Positions 1 through 9,951 of a stretch of DNA of 64,000 nucleotides are shown one piece after another. This DNA is from an uncultured Actinomycetes bacterium (GTDB lineage: Bacteria > Actinomycetota > UBA4738 > HRBIN12). The DNA is taken from contig CAWKKN010000001.1 of assembly GCA_963850315.1 (NCBI GenBank), forward strand, positions 219,931 to 283,930, written 5' to 3'. Position 1 is the first letter of the stretch, and the number at the start of each line of letters is the position of its first letter. Both the position numbers and the translations under genes were made by a program. The notes under the pieces were generated by a model. The model was not told where the DNA came from. It saw only the letters and a list, made by a program, of their open reading frames with translations, and made no database searches.

Positions 1-195
1 CTGATGTTCGTGATCGAGTCCCTGTTCCTGGTCGTGGTGACCTGGCACGCCATGCTCGGGCTTCGATCGGTCATCTTCGACTTCGGGCTGTCGGAGGCGG
101 CCAAGGATCGGGTGAACCGCGGGCTCGTGATCCTGGGGATCGCCACGGTCGCCTACGGGTTCATCCTGATCGGGACGCTCGCCGCGAGAGCCTAG
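1..195 (+). CDS. 3' end of a small hydrophobic membrane protein, possibly an SdhD-like succinate dehydrogenase anchor (5' end outside window)
   Basis: Open to the left edge, stop TAG 193-195. Two hydrophobic helices. TWHAMLGLRSVIFDF resembles the His-bearing helix of SdhD-type anchors. Weak assignment. Confidence 0.35.
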   Translation: MMFVIESLFLVVVTWHAMLGLRSVIFDFGLSEAAKDRVNRGLVILGIATVAYGFILIGTLAARA

Positions 196-215
196 GAAGG
201 GCGAAGGTCGGGGCT

Positions 216-2736
216 GTGGTCGGCATCGTGATCGTCTCCCACAGCTACCGGATCGCCGAGGGGGTCGCCGAGCTCGCGCGAGAGATGGGCGGCCCGGACA
301 TCCGATTGGAGATCGCCGGGGGACTCGACCTCCCCGACCATCCCATCGGCACGGACGCGGTGATGGTGATGGAAGCCATCGAACGTGCCTGGTCCGACGA
401 CGGCGTGCTCGTGTTGATGGATCTGGGAAGTGCGGTGCTGTCCGCCGAGATGGCACTCGACCTGCTGGGCGACGACCGGCCGCGCGATCGCATCCTCCTG
501 TGCGAGGCCCCGCTGGTCGAAGGGGCGGTCGCTGCGGCCGTCACGGCCCGCATGGGTTCGCCCCTCGAAGCGGTGGCGCAGGAGGCGCGCGGAGGGCTCG
601 CCGGCAAACTGGCCCACCTCGGTGCGGATGCGACCTCTGATGGGGACGTCGAGGCTCGAGGACCGAGCACCGAGGGGACGGCGGCAGGACGAAGCTTGGC
701 GGCGCCTGAGGCCGGGCCCGCCACGACGGTGGGACTGCAGGTGAGGAACGCGCACGGCCTGCATGCCCGCCCCGCGGCCCGGTTCGTGCAGACGGCCTCC
801 GCGTTCGATGCTGCGGTGACCGTCCGCGACCTCACGAACGGGCGGGGGCCGGCCGACGCGCGGAGCCTGAACGCCGTGGCGACGCTCGGGGTCACGCAGG
901 GTCACGAGATCGAGGTGGCCGCGACCGGCCCACAAGCGGGCGAGGCGGTCGCCGCTCTTCGCGCGCTCGCCGCACGCGACTTCGACGAGCGTCCCGACGA
1001 CACGCAGGCCGCGGTGATTCCGATCACGCGGTCTCGAGCGACGACGGACGGGGCGCTGCGTGGCTTCCCCGCCTCCCCCGGCATCGCGATCGGCCCGGCT
1101 CGGCATTTCCACACCCCCGAGCTGGAGATCCCGTCCGGTGAGGCGGCCGACCCGCAGGCCGAGGCGGCGGAGCTCGAGCGGGCGCTGCGGGAGGTCCATG
1201 AGGACATCGGGCGGCAGCGCGACGCCGTCGTCGCGCGCGCCGGCGAGAACGAGGCGGCGATCTTCGACGCGCACCTGCTCTTCCTGCAGGACGAGGCCCT
1301 GCTCGATCCGGCCCGTCGCGCGATCCGCGAGGGCCGTGTCCCTGCGGCCCGCGCGTGGCGCGACGCGATCGAGGCCACCGCCGCAGCCTGGGACGCGCTG
1401 GAGGATGACTACCTCCGTGCGCGCGCCGGCGACCTGCGAAGCGTGGGCGCCCAGGTCGTGGCCCGGATCCTCGGCGTCCCGGCGCCGCACCCACGGCTGC
1501 TGGCGCCCGGGCATCCTCGTCGCACGCGACCTCACTCCCGCCGACACCGCCGGGCTCGACCCCGCGGTCGCCGTCGGCATCGCGACGGCGCACGGAGGGC
1601 CGACCTCGCATGCCGCGGTGCTCGCACGGTCGATGGGGATACCGGCCGTCGTCGGTCTCGGCGAGGGGATCGGCGACATCGCCGAGGACGCCCCGCTGGC
1701 GATCGACGGTAGCGCGGGCCTGGTCTTCGTCGATCCACCGGCGCCCGAGCTGAACCGCCTCCGCGCCGACGCGCGCGAGCGGGACGAGTCGGAGCGGGCC
1801 GCGCGTGCCCTCGCGGCGACGCCGGCGGCCACCGCCGACGGCGTGCCCATCGAGGTTGCCGCGAACATCGGGCGCCCTGACGAGGCGGCGGGAGCCCTGG
1901 AGGCCGGGGCAGACGGCGTGGGCCTGTTCCGCACCGAGTTCCTCTTCATGGGGCGCGACACGATGCCGGATGAGGATGAGCAAGCGGAGGCCTACGCGCG
2001 CGCGGCGGACGCGCTCGCGGGACGGCCCCTACTGCTGCGGACGCTCGACGCCGGCGCGGACAAGCCTCTCCCCTACCTCTCCCAGGACGCCGAGGAGAAC
2101 CCCTTCCTCGGCGTGCGCGGGATCCGCCTCGGCCTCGCGCGCCCCGCGCTGCTCGACACGCAGCTGCGGGCGATCCTGCGGGCGGCCACGAACCGCCGCA
2201 TCCGGGTCATGTTCCCGATGGTCGCGACGGTCGACGAGCTGCTGGGCGCGCTCGAGGCGCTCGAGCGGGCGCGCACGCAGGTCCGCACGAACGCCACGGT
2301 CGAGGTGGGCGTCATGATCGAGATCCCGGCCGCGGCGCTTATCGCGGAGGCGCTGGCCCCGCACGTCGGGTTCTTCTCGATCGGCACGAACGACCTCACG
2401 CAGTACACGCTGGCGGCCGATCGGGGCAACGACCACGTGGCATCCCTGGCCGACGCGCTGCACCCCGCCGTCCTGCAGCTCATCCACGCGACGGTCGAGG
2501 GCGCAGAGACCCACGGCCGATGGGTGGGGATGTGCGGCGAGCTCGCGGCCGACGCGAGCGCCACGGCGTTGCTCCTGGGACTCGGTATCAGGGAGCTGTC
2601 GATGGGTGCGCCCGCCGTCGCCCTCGTGAAACAGGCCGTTCGGGCCACGCGGTTGGATGACGCCCGAGAGCTGGCGAAGCGCGCCCTCGGATGTGCGACG
2701 GCCGCCGAGGTCCGCGCCCTGGTCTCCGCTACCTAG
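216..2736 (+). CDS. Multidomain PTS phosphotransferase: DhaM-type EIIA(Man)-like + HPr-like + complete Enzyme I; reading frame broken near 1509-1511
   Basis: GTG 216 follows GGAAGGGCGAAGG. Frame A carries [20 protein letters not shown] (EIIA-Man/DhaM-like), [17 protein letters not shown] (HPr-type His), [11 protein letters not shown] and [12 protein letters not shown] (EI N-domain). Frame B from about 1510 carries [36 protein letters not shown] (EI phospho-His), [12 protein letters not shown] and GMCGELA. Stop TAG 2734-2736. Confidence 0.8.
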
Positions 2737-2763
2737 GGGCGCTGTTACGATGCGCCCCAGGCC

Positions 2764-4353
2764 GTGAACACTGCCGACGAACGCGCCGCCAGGTTCCTCA
2801 CGTTCATCACGTACCTCCGGATCTTGCTCACGCCGGTCGTGATGGCGCTGGTCCTTCACGCAGGACGATGGAGCTGGGCGACCCCCACGGCGGCGGTCCT
2901 GTTCGCCTTCGCGGCGGTGACGGACTTCGCCGACGGGCGCCTCGCCCGACGCTGGAAGCAGACGACCGCGTTCGGCACCTTCCTCGACACGACCGCCGAC
3001 AAGCTGCTCGTCTCGGGCGTCCTCATCGCGCTCGTGGCGACCGGGCAGGCCTCGGCCTGGGTCGCCTTCATCATCGTGGGCCGGGAGCTGCTGATCCTTG
3101 GGCTTCGGGGCGCCGTGAGCGCCACGGACGGGACGGTCGTAACTCCGTCGATCTGGGGCAAGCTCAAGGCCAACGTCCAATTCCTCGCGATCTTCCTCGC
3201 GATCTGGGATCCGCCCGTCACGATCGGCTCCTGGCGGCTCGCTCAGGTCGGGATGGCGGTGGCGGCCGTCGTGACGATCGCGTCGGCGGTCGAGTACCTG
3301 GCTCGCTTCGGCCGGGTCGTGACTCGCCGGGATCGCGTGACGGCACCGGTCTTCATCACCGGCGCGAGCGGCTTCGTCGGCGGGGCTGTCCTGCGTCACC
3401 TCGTCGCCGACGGGCGCGAGGTCCGCGCGCTCGCTCGGAGCGAGGACGCGGAGCGGCGCGTCCGCGAGGCCGGCGCCGTCTCCGTGCACGGAGACCTGTT
3501 CGACCCCCAGGCCCTGCTGATCGGGATGCGCGGATGCGAAAGCGTCTTCCACGTCGCCGGTGTCAACGCGACCTGCCTGCGGGACCCGGCTCCGATGCTT
3601 CGCACGAACGTCGAGGGTTCGGTCCACGTCGTGCGGACGGCGGCGGCGGCGGGCGTCACGCGCGTCGTGTACACGTCCTCGGCCGCCACGCTCGGCGAGT
3701 CCCGCGGCACGCAGGGCCGGGAGAGCTCCCCGCATCGGGGCTCGTTCCTGTCGCAGTACGAACGCTCGAAGTTCCTCGCCGAGCGCCGCGTGCTGATGCT
3801 CGCCGCCGAGCTCCGCGTCCAGGTGGTCTGTGTGAACCCGTCCTCCGTGCAGGGTCCGGGTCGCACGGAGGGGTCGGCGCGCCTGTTGCTCGAGCTCGTG
3901 AACCGGCGTCGCCCGCCGGTCGTGGCGACGTGGGTCTCGGTGATCGACGTGGACGACTGCGCAGCGGGGCACTTGCTGGCGGAGTCGCGCGGCGAGCCGG
4001 GTCAGCGCTACGTGCTCAACGGCGCCTCCCTCGAGCTGCTCGATGCGGTGGCGATGCTCCGGCAGGTGAGCGGACGCCCCGCCCACGTCCTGAGGATCCC
4101 GCGCCTCGCCGCACGGGTGACGGGCTCCCTGGCCGGGCTCGCCGGCAAGCTCAGCGGTCGCGGGCTCCCGCTGTGCCCCGAAGTGACGCGCACGCTGCTG
4201 CACGGCCATCGTTACGACGGATCGCGCGCCGAGCGCGAACTCGGGCTGCGGTGCCGCCCCCTCGAGGAGACGATCCGTCGAACCCTCGCATGGTACGCAG
4301 ATGAGGGGCTCGTCCCCGGCCTGTCCACGGGCGAAGACGCGGGCGTAGGATGA
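2764..4353 (+). CDS. Fusion protein: CDP-alcohol phosphatidyltransferase (PgsA-like) N-domain + extended-SDR NAD-dependent epimerase/reductase C-domain
   Basis: GTG 2764. [27 protein letters not shown] fits D-x2-DG-x2-AR-x8-G-x3-D-x3-D. Several TM helices follow, then [12 protein letters not shown] (Rossmann) and SQYERSK (YxxxK). One uninterrupted 529-codon frame. Confidence 0.8.
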   Translation: MNTADERAARFLTFITYLRILLTPVVMALVLHAGRWSWATPTAAVLFAFAAVTDFADGRLARRWKQTTAFGTFLDTTADKLLVSGVLIALVATGQASAWVAFIIVGRELLILGLRGAVSATDGTVVTPSIWGKLKANVQFLAIFLAIWDPPVTIGSWRLAQVGMAVAAVVTIASAVEYLARFGRVVTRRDRVTAPVFITGASGFVGGAVLRHLVADGREVRALARSEDAERRVREAGAVSVHGDLFDPQALLIGMRGCESVFHVAGVNATCLRDPAPMLRTNVEGSVHVVRTAAAAGVTRVVYTSSAATLGESRGTQGRESSPHRGSFLSQYERSKFLAERRVLMLAAELRVQVVCVNPSSVQGPGRTEGSARLLLELVNRRRPPVVATWVSVIDVDDCAAGHLLAESRGEPGQRYVLNGASLELLDAVAMLRQVSGRPAHVLRIPRLAARVTGSLAGLAGKLSGRGLPLCPEVTRTLLHGHRYDGSRAERELGLRCRPLEETIRRTLAWYADEGLVPGLSTGEDAGVG

Positions 4354-4390
4354 GGCCGCCGTCCACATGCCCGCGCCCGGAGGAGGACCC

Positions 4391-5386
4391 GTGAGCGACG
4401 ACGCACGACCCGACCGCAACCTCGCGATGGAGCTCGTGCGCGTCACCGAGGCCGCCGCGCTCGCCGCGGGCCGCTGGATCGGGCACGGCGACAAGCTTGC
4501 CGCCGACGGCGCGGCCGTGGATGCGATGCGGCTCATGATCGATTCCGTCTCGATGCACGGCACGGTCGTCATCGGCGAGGGCGAGAAGGACGAGGCGCCC
4601 ATGCTCTTCAACGGCGAGGAGGTGGGCAACGGCGACGGGCCCGGCGTGGACGTCGCGGTCGACCCCATCGACGGCACACGGCTCACCGCGCTGGGTCAGC
4701 CGAACGCGCTCGCCGTCCTGGCCCTCGCGGAGCGAGGCAGCATGTTCTTCCCCGGCGCCGCCGTCTACATGGAGAAGATCGCGTGCGGCCCCGAGGGCGT
4801 GGACGCGATCGACATCACGGCCCCACCCGAGGAGAACGTGCGCCGCGTCGCGAAGGCCAAGGGTGTGGGGCCCGAGGAGATCGGTGTCACGATCTTGGAC
4901 CGGCCGCGTCACGAGGCGATCATCGCAGCGGTGCGGAGCGTGGGAGCACGAGTGTTCCTCATCACCGACGGCGACGTCGCGGGCGCCATCGCGGCCGCTG
5001 CGCCGCGGACGGACGTCGATCTGCTGTACGGGATCGGCGGGACGCCGGAGGGGGTCATCGCGGCCGCCGCGCTGAAGTGCCTGGGGGGGGCCATCCAGGG
5101 GCGGCTCGCGCCGCGCAACGACGCCGAGCGCCGCGCCCTGCTCGACGACGGCTTCGATCTGGACCAGGTGTTGACGACCGAGGATCTCGTGCGCGGCCGC
5201 GACGTGTTCTTCGCCGCCACGGGGATCACCGAAGGGGCCCTCCTGCGCGGCGTGCGCTACTGGCCCGACGGCGCCACGACGTATTCGATGGTGATGAGGT
5301 CGCGTTCCGGAACGGTGCGGTACGTCGAAGCCCACCACCAGTTCGAGAAACTCGAACGATTCTCTTCGATCGAGTACCGCCGCTGA
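4391..5386 (+). CDS. glpX: Class II fructose-1,6-bisphosphatase
   Basis: [36 protein letters not shown] and [11 protein letters not shown] are typical of GlpX. GTG 4391 is preferred over ATG 4367 because GGAGGAGGA lies 3 nt upstream. Confidence 0.9.
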   Translation: MSDDARPDRNLAMELVRVTEAAALAAGRWIGHGDKLAADGAAVDAMRLMIDSVSMHGTVVIGEGEKDEAPMLFNGEEVGNGDGPGVDVAVDPIDGTRLTALGQPNALAVLALAERGSMFFPGAAVYMEKIACGPEGVDAIDITAPPEENVRRVAKAKGVGPEEIGVTILDRPRHEAIIAAVRSVGARVFLITDGDVAGAIAAAAPRTDVDLLYGIGGTPEGVIAAAALKCLGGAIQGRLAPRNDAERRALLDDGFDLDQVLTTEDLVRGRDVFFAATGITEGALLRGVRYWPDGATTYSMVMRSRSGTVRYVEAHHQFEKLERFSSIEYRR

Positions 5387-5485
5387 GGTTGCGGCGGAAG
5401 GCGACCCTCCTTGCATTCGCTACCAGTTCCCTCGGGGCGCTTCGGCTATCCTCCAAGGACGCACGACAACCGGAAGGGGCGAACG

Positions 5486-5746
5486 ATGGCCGAGAAGATG
5501 GTCCTGGTCTGCGATGCATGCGGGAAACCCGCCGCCGAAACCGTCACGATCAAACTGAGCCGCGGGAATTTCGTGAAGGATCTCTGCGCGACCCACGTGA
5601 ACGAGCTGATCGCGGGCGCGCGCAGGCCACGACCGGGGCGCCGCAAGGGGGTGGCGGCCCCGAAGTCCGTCGCCGCCACTCCGAAGAAGCGCGCCGCCTC
5701 GGCGCCGAAGAAGCGCGGCCGACCCCGCAAGAAGGTCGCCGCCTAG
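5486..5746 (+). CDS. Small basic DNA-binding-type protein (86 aa): Lsr2-N-terminal-like head plus lysine/proline-rich tail ending in an AT-hook (KKRGRPRKK)
   Basis: ATG 5486 follows GGAAGGGG. The head VLVCDACGKPAAETVTIKLSRGNFVKDLCATHVNEL is reminiscent of the Lsr2 dimerisation domain. The tail PKKRAASAPKKRGRPRKKVAA contains the canonical R-G-R-P core. Confidence 0.55.
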   Translation: MAEKMVLVCDACGKPAAETVTIKLSRGNFVKDLCATHVNELIAGARRPRPGRRKGVAAPKSVAATPKKRAASAPKKRGRPRKKVAA

Positions 5747-5765
5747 GGACGGGGACGATCCCTGC

Positions 5766-6017
5766 CTACGAGTGCGGCGGACGGGCGGGGTCCGTGGCCT
5801 TCGCAGGGTCCGGCAGGGCGAATACGCCGGGGCCCGCGCGAACGACCGTGCCGGCGCGGCGGGCATCCGCAAGAGCGGCGAGCAGCCGCGCGCGGACGTC
5901 GGGGATCGTGAACGGATCGAGGTAGCCTCGGCGCAACGCGAGATCCTGGATGACGGTCCAGTGCAACGGAGCTCCCTCCTCTTCCAGGACGGTCAAGGCG
6001 GCGTCGAGAGGCTCCAT
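5766..6017 (-). CDS. Small winged-helix protein, HARE-HTH-like (83 aa)
   Basis: ATG 6017 lies 11 nt downstream of the LLM gene stop. MEPLDAALTVLEEEGAPLHWTVIQDLALRRGYL...VRAGPGVFALP matches the general HARE-HTH pattern. The upstream part of the 144-aa ORF is Arg/Gly junk that overlaps the LLM gene. Confidence 0.5.
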   Translation of the reverse strand: MEPLDAALTVLEEEGAPLHWTVIQDLALRRGYLDPFTIPDVRARLLAALADARRAGTVVRAGPGVFALPDPAKATDPARPPHS

Positions 6018-6028
6018 CGGATGCTGGC

Positions 6029-7027
6029 TCAGCGGTGCGCGCCGAGCACCTCCTCCGCGAACAGCTCCACCTGGTCGGGCTCCGGGATCGCGAAGGGAAG
6101 GACCCAGGGGGACCACACGATCTCCTCGACGCCGGCGTCCTCGAACGCCTCGGCGCGCGCGAGGATCTGCGACGGCGTGCCCGACAGGGTGTCCGCGCAC
6201 CAGGTCTCGTACGTGTCCGCCTCCATCGCACCTGCGGGGAACGCCGCGCGTCCGCGCTCGAGGGCGGCGCGCGCAGCGCGCTCGTCCCGACCGATGAGCC
6301 CGTAGAGCCCCACGGAGAGCCGGAACGTGGAGGGATCCCTGCCCTCACGCTCGCAAGCATGCCTCGCCGCGGCGGCGCGTTCCGCGTAGTTCCGAGGGGA
6401 CCACCGCCACACGCCGTTCCATCCGGCCGCATATCGGGCGGCGAGCCGCAGCAACCGCGGCCCGCCTTTACCCCCGACCCAGACCGGGATCTGGGGTTGC
6501 ACGGGAGCCGGAAGGAGCCGCGCCTCGCGCAGCGACACGGTGGGGCCGTCGAACGTGACGGGAGCGCCGGACCCGAACGCCGCCAGCACCTGAAGCGTCT
6601 CCTCCAGGATATCGAAGCGCTCCCCCACGGTGCCGTAGCGGTAGCCGAAGGCGTCGAACTCCTCCTGCATCCAGCCGGCGCCGACTCCCAGATCGAGCCG
6701 TCCTCCCGAGATGCCGTCGATCGTGGTCGCCATCTTCGCCACGAGCGCTGGATGGCGGAAGGGCGAGCCCAGCACGAGCGTGCCCAGCCGCACGCGCTCG
6801 GTCACCGCCGCGATCCCCGCGAGCGCGGTCATCGGCTCCAGCGACGCGATCGGCGAGGGGTCCGCGCCGTAGCGGGCGAAGGTGTAGAAGAAGTGGTCGG
6901 AGACCCACACGGAGTCGAACCCCATCGACTCCGCGCGGCGGGCCCAACTCACCAGGGCGTCGAACGTGATCGGTGCACCGTCGGGGAGCGAGAACCCGTA
7001 GTGGGGAAGGGCCAGCCCGAAGCGCAC
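6029..7027 (-). CDS. LLM-class (luciferase-like) F420-dependent oxidoreductase
   Basis: GTG 7027. MRFGLALPHYG, FDSVWVSDHF, RVRLGTLVLGSPFRHPALVAKMATTIDGISGGRLDLGVGAGW are typical of the family. Confidence 0.85.
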   Translation of the reverse strand: MRFGLALPHYGFSLPDGAPITFDALVSWARRAESMGFDSVWVSDHFFYTFARYGADPSPIASLEPMTALAGIAAVTERVRLGTLVLGSPFRHPALVAKMATTIDGISGGRLDLGVGAGWMQEEFDAFGYRYGTVGERFDILEETLQVLAAFGSGAPVTFDGPTVSLREARLLPAPVQPQIPVWVGGKGGPRLLRLAARYAAGWNGVWRWSPRNYAERAAAARHACEREGRDPSTFRLSVGLYGLIGRDERAARAALERGRAAFPAGAMEADTYETWCADTLSGTPSQILARAEAFEDAGVEEIVWSPWVLPFAIPEPDQVELFAEEVLGAHR

Positions 7028-7028
7028 G

Positions 7029-7829
7029 TTAAGGCGAGGGGGACGCGAGCGAGGCGCGTGTCCCGAGATCTCCGGCCAAGATCACCTTGCCCTGGGCGTT
7101 GCGGACGACGACGCGTTCGTAACCGGCGAGGCTCCCGCTGAAATCGTGGGAGATGATGGCGTTGCCTCCCGAGTCCAAGCGAGCGATCTTCCCCACATCC
7201 AGCGGCGGCCGGTGCGGTCCCACGAGCCGGACCTGGTACGGCAACGTGTGGGTAGCCGGCGGCGGAAGCTGGCTCAGCATCACGACCGCCATGTCCATGA
7301 TCGTGGGCGACATCAGCGTGATGGCGGAACCGCCTCCCGTCCCGGAGGACGGCGCCATGGTGCCGATCCGCACCTCGTTCTGGGGATCTTGGAACGGCAG
7401 CGACTGCAACAGTTGCTCGAACCGCCCGGCGATGGTCTCCTGATCCTGCGTGGCCCTGCGCGCGATCGCCGCGGAGCGGGCCGCTTTGCCGGCCATCACC
7501 GCACCCCAGCTCAAGCCGAGCACGGCGACCATCGCGGCAGCGACCGCCGCGACGGCGAGACGGCTCCGATGCCCCGCCGCGGCGTGCCCGCGATGACCGC
7601 GTGCCGCCCGTTGCTGGACCGCCAGCACCACTCGGTCCTCCAGTTCGGGAGCAGGCGCCGCGGGGGCGGTGGTGTACGCGAGCACCGCAGCGGCGGCATC
7701 GAGCTCGTCGGCCTCCTTGCGGCAGGCCGCGCACCACTGCAGATGCCGGTCGACGGAGACCATGTCGCCTGCCCCCAGGGTCCCGAGCGAGCGCTCGGCG
7801 AGCCGTTCGCGGACCGCGGAGCAGCTCAC
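7029..7829 (-). CDS. Anti-sigma factor with zf-HC2 (ZAS-type) N-domain, one TM helix and an unassigned extracytoplasmic domain
   Basis: GTG 7829 overlaps the sigma gene stop (GTGA). HLQWCAACRKE is the H-x3-C-x2-C motif. The TM helix is LAVAAVAAAMVAVLGLSWGAVMA. The first 125 codons of the long ORF are Arg/Pro junk inside the sigma gene. Confidence 0.75.
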   Translation of the reverse strand: MSCSAVRERLAERSLGTLGAGDMVSVDRHLQWCAACRKEADELDAAAAVLAYTTAPAAPAPELEDRVVLAVQQRAARGHRGHAAAGHRSRLAVAAVAAAMVAVLGLSWGAVMAGKAARSAAIARRATQDQETIAGRFEQLLQSLPFQDPQNEVRIGTMAPSSGTGGGSAITLMSPTIMDMAVVMLSQLPPPATHTLPYQVRLVGPHRPPLDVGKIARLDSGGNAIISHDFSGSLAGYERVVVRNAQGKVILAGDLGTRASLASPSP

Positions 7830-8347
7830 AGTGGCTCCTTGCCTTCGTTCGCGCGACGCACCTTGATCATCGCCGCGCGCAGGCGGGTCTTCACCGTGCC
7901 GAGCGGGATCCCGTCGGCGAGCGCGATCTCCCGCGCCGTGAGGCCCCGGAAGTACGTACGGGCGAGCAGCCGGCGCTCGGCGTCCGTGAGCGAGGCGAGC
8001 GCGCGGACGGCGGCGTCGCGCTCCATCACCACGGCCTCCTCGTCCAGCCCCGGGGCGTCCGGCACCTCGTCGACGAGGACGAGCGTGGGTCGCGAGACGC
8101 CGGTCTCGCGCCGGAGACGGTCGACGGCGAGGTTGTGGGCGATCGTCATGAGCCACGTGGAGAGGCGTCCGCGGGCGGGGTCGAACCGCGCGGCCTTGCG
8201 CCATGCCGTCACGAAGACGTCCTGGGTGAGCTCCTCCGCCGCCTCGCGGGTCCCGAGCAGCCGCAGACCGAGCCCGTACACGGGTCGGCCGAAGCGCATG
8301 TAGAGCACGCGGATCGCCTCGTCGTCGCCGGCCAGAAGGCCTTCCAT
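7826..8347 (-). CDS. ECF-type RNA polymerase sigma factor
   Basis: ATG 8347 is preferred (AAGGAGGAG 9 nt upstream) over GTG 8398. Region 2 reads EELTQDVFVTAWRKAARFD. Region 4 reads LTAREIALADGIPLGTVKTRL. Confidence 0.9.
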   Translation of the reverse strand: MEGLLAGDDEAIRVLYMRFGRPVYGLGLRLLGTREAAEELTQDVFVTAWRKAARFDPARGRLSTWLMTIAHNLAVDRLRRETGVSRPTLVLVDEVPDAPGLDEEAVVMERDAAVRALASLTDAERRLLARTYFRGLTAREIALADGIPLGTVKTRLRAAMIKVRRANEGKEPL

Positions 8348-8580
8348 GAGTTGCTGCTCCTCCTTCGGCAGGAGAGGTCCGTCGTGCCGGGCGTCCACTC
8401 GCGTTCGTTCCTTCCGGTATACGGGCCCCGCGTGCCCGGGAGCTTGGCCGGCCCCGATGACCGGCCCTTGACAGACGTACCCCTGATTATCGACATCGAG
8501 GGCGCTGCCTGCACGGTGTTCGTCCAGGTCGTACGCTCGGTTCCATCTGAGGCGAACCGCCCTCGGGGTGAAGAGGAGTT

Positions 8581-9951
8581 ATGCGAAAGCGAAACGTCAG
8601 GGCTGCGGCTGTGGGTGTCGTGGTGGCCATCCTGTCGGCGGGCGCGATGGCGACGGCCTCCGCCCAGGCCCCCGCCTCCTCCACGGTGTTGCAGCTGAGG
8701 CTCGACGGCGTGGTCGACCCGTTCGTCGCCGACTATCTCTCGCGAGGCATCCGCGACGCGGCCTCCGCCGGAGACGCCGCCGTGCTCATCGAGATCGACA
8801 CGCCGGGCGGCCTCGACTCCTCGATGCGTCAGATCACCGAAGCCATCTTGAACGCCGGCCTCCCAGTGATCGGCTACGTGGCGCCCGAGGGCGCCCGAGC
8901 GGCCTCGGCGGGCGCGTTCGTCCTGATGTCGACGCCGATCGCGGCGATGGCGCCGGGAACGAACGTGGGCGCCGCCACGCCGGTGGGTCTGAGCGGCGCG
9001 ACGGAATCACAGAAGGCCGTGGACGACGGCGCCGCGTACATGGAGAGCCTCGCACAGCAACGGGGCCGCAACGTGGCAGTGGCGGGGTCGTTCGTCACGA
9101 GAGCCACCAGCATCACCGCGCAACAGGCGCTCGACCAGCACATCGTGGAATTCATCGCTCCGACGCAGACGCAACTCCTCTCCGATGTCGACGGCCGGCA
9201 GGTCGTGTTGACGGACGGCAGCACGGTGACCCTGCACACGGCGGAAGCCACGATCGAGACGCGGGACCTGGGGGGACTGATGGGGTTCCTGCACGGATTG
9301 CTGGACCCGAGCCTCGCCTTCATCTTCTTCTGGCTTGGCCTCGCACTGATCGTGATCGAGCTCCTGTTCCCGGGACACATCGTGTCGGGGGTGCTGGGAG
9401 CGATCCTTCTGATCTGCGCATTCATGACGTTCGGCTTGCTGCCGGTGCGCCTCGTCGGGATCGTGCTCCTCCTCGCGAGCGCGGTGGCGCTCATCGTTGA
9501 GGCGCGGCATCCGGGGCTCGGCGTCTGGGGCGTCCTGGGTCTCGTCTTCCTGGTGCTCGGAGGTTGGTTCCTCTATGAGCGTTCGGGGGGAGCCGGCGTG
9601 CCCGTATGGGTGATCGCGATCATGGCGCTGTTCGTCGCGTTCTTCTTCGGCGTTGTCGTGGTGAAGGCACGGAAGCTGCGCGACCTGCCACCCCCCGCCG
9701 GCCCCGAAGCCATGATCGGCCTCTTGGGCGTGGCTCTGGGGTCGGGTCTGCATCCCGGCGGCGTGGTGCGGGTCGCCGCGGAGGAGTGGCGCGCCACCTC
9801 GGCGACGGGACCGATCCCCGGTGGGAACAAGATCAAGGTCACTGGGGTCGACGGGCTGGTGCTCACCGTCGAATCCACGGTCGGCTCTCAGACGCAGTCA
9901 GGACAGGCACCGGCGGTCCCGCCGGCCGACGAGGGAAAGGCAACGAGATGA
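8581..9951 (+). CDS. NfeD-family membrane-bound ClpP-class serine protease
   Basis: Signal-like N-terminus. IEIDTPGGLDSSMRQI and ARAASAGAFVLMS form the ClpP-like domain. A multi-TM middle follows, then a C-terminal NfeD OB-fold (GVVRVAAEEWRATS). RBS GAAGAGGAG. Confidence 0.85.
   Translation: MRKRNVRAAAVGVVVAILSAGAMATASAQAPASSTVLQLRLDGVVDPFVADYLSRGIRDAASAGDAAVLIEIDTPGGLDSSMRQITEAILNAGLPVIGYVAPEGARAASAGAFVLMSTPIAAMAPGTNVGAATPVGLSGATESQKAVDDGAAYMESLAQQRGRNVAVAGSFVTRATSITAQQALDQHIVEFIAPTQTQLLSDVDGRQVVLTDGSTVTLHTAEATIETRDLGGLMGFLHGLLDPSLAFIFFWLGLALIVIELLFPGHIVSGVLGAILLICAFMTFGLLPVRLVGIVLLLASAVALIVEARHPGLGVWGVLGLVFLVLGGWFLYERSGGAGVPVWVIAIMALFVAFFFGVVVVKARKLRDLPPPAGPEAMIGLLGVALGSGLHPGGVVRVAAEEWRATSATGPIPGGNKIKVTGVDGLVLTVESTVGSQTQSGQAPAVPPADEGKATR

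Noticed and set aside
192-1961. 589-aa minus-strand ORF, with similar long ORFs at 2029-4686 (-), 30643-32601 (-), 33314-36007 (+) and 23494-25035 (-)
   Set aside because: They lie antisense to, or out of frame with, genes that carry unambiguous family motifs. Their translations are Arg/Gly/Pro/Ala-rich low-complexity text, as expected from stop-poor alternative frames in very GC-rich DNA.
8399-8480. ECF-type autoregulatory promoter (GGAAC at complement of 8407-8411) and a TTGACA at 8468-8473 for nfeD
   Set aside because: The GGAAC has no matching CGT-type -10 at 16-17 nt. The TTGACA has no convincing -10 hexamer at 16-19 nt. The evidence is too weak to list as features.
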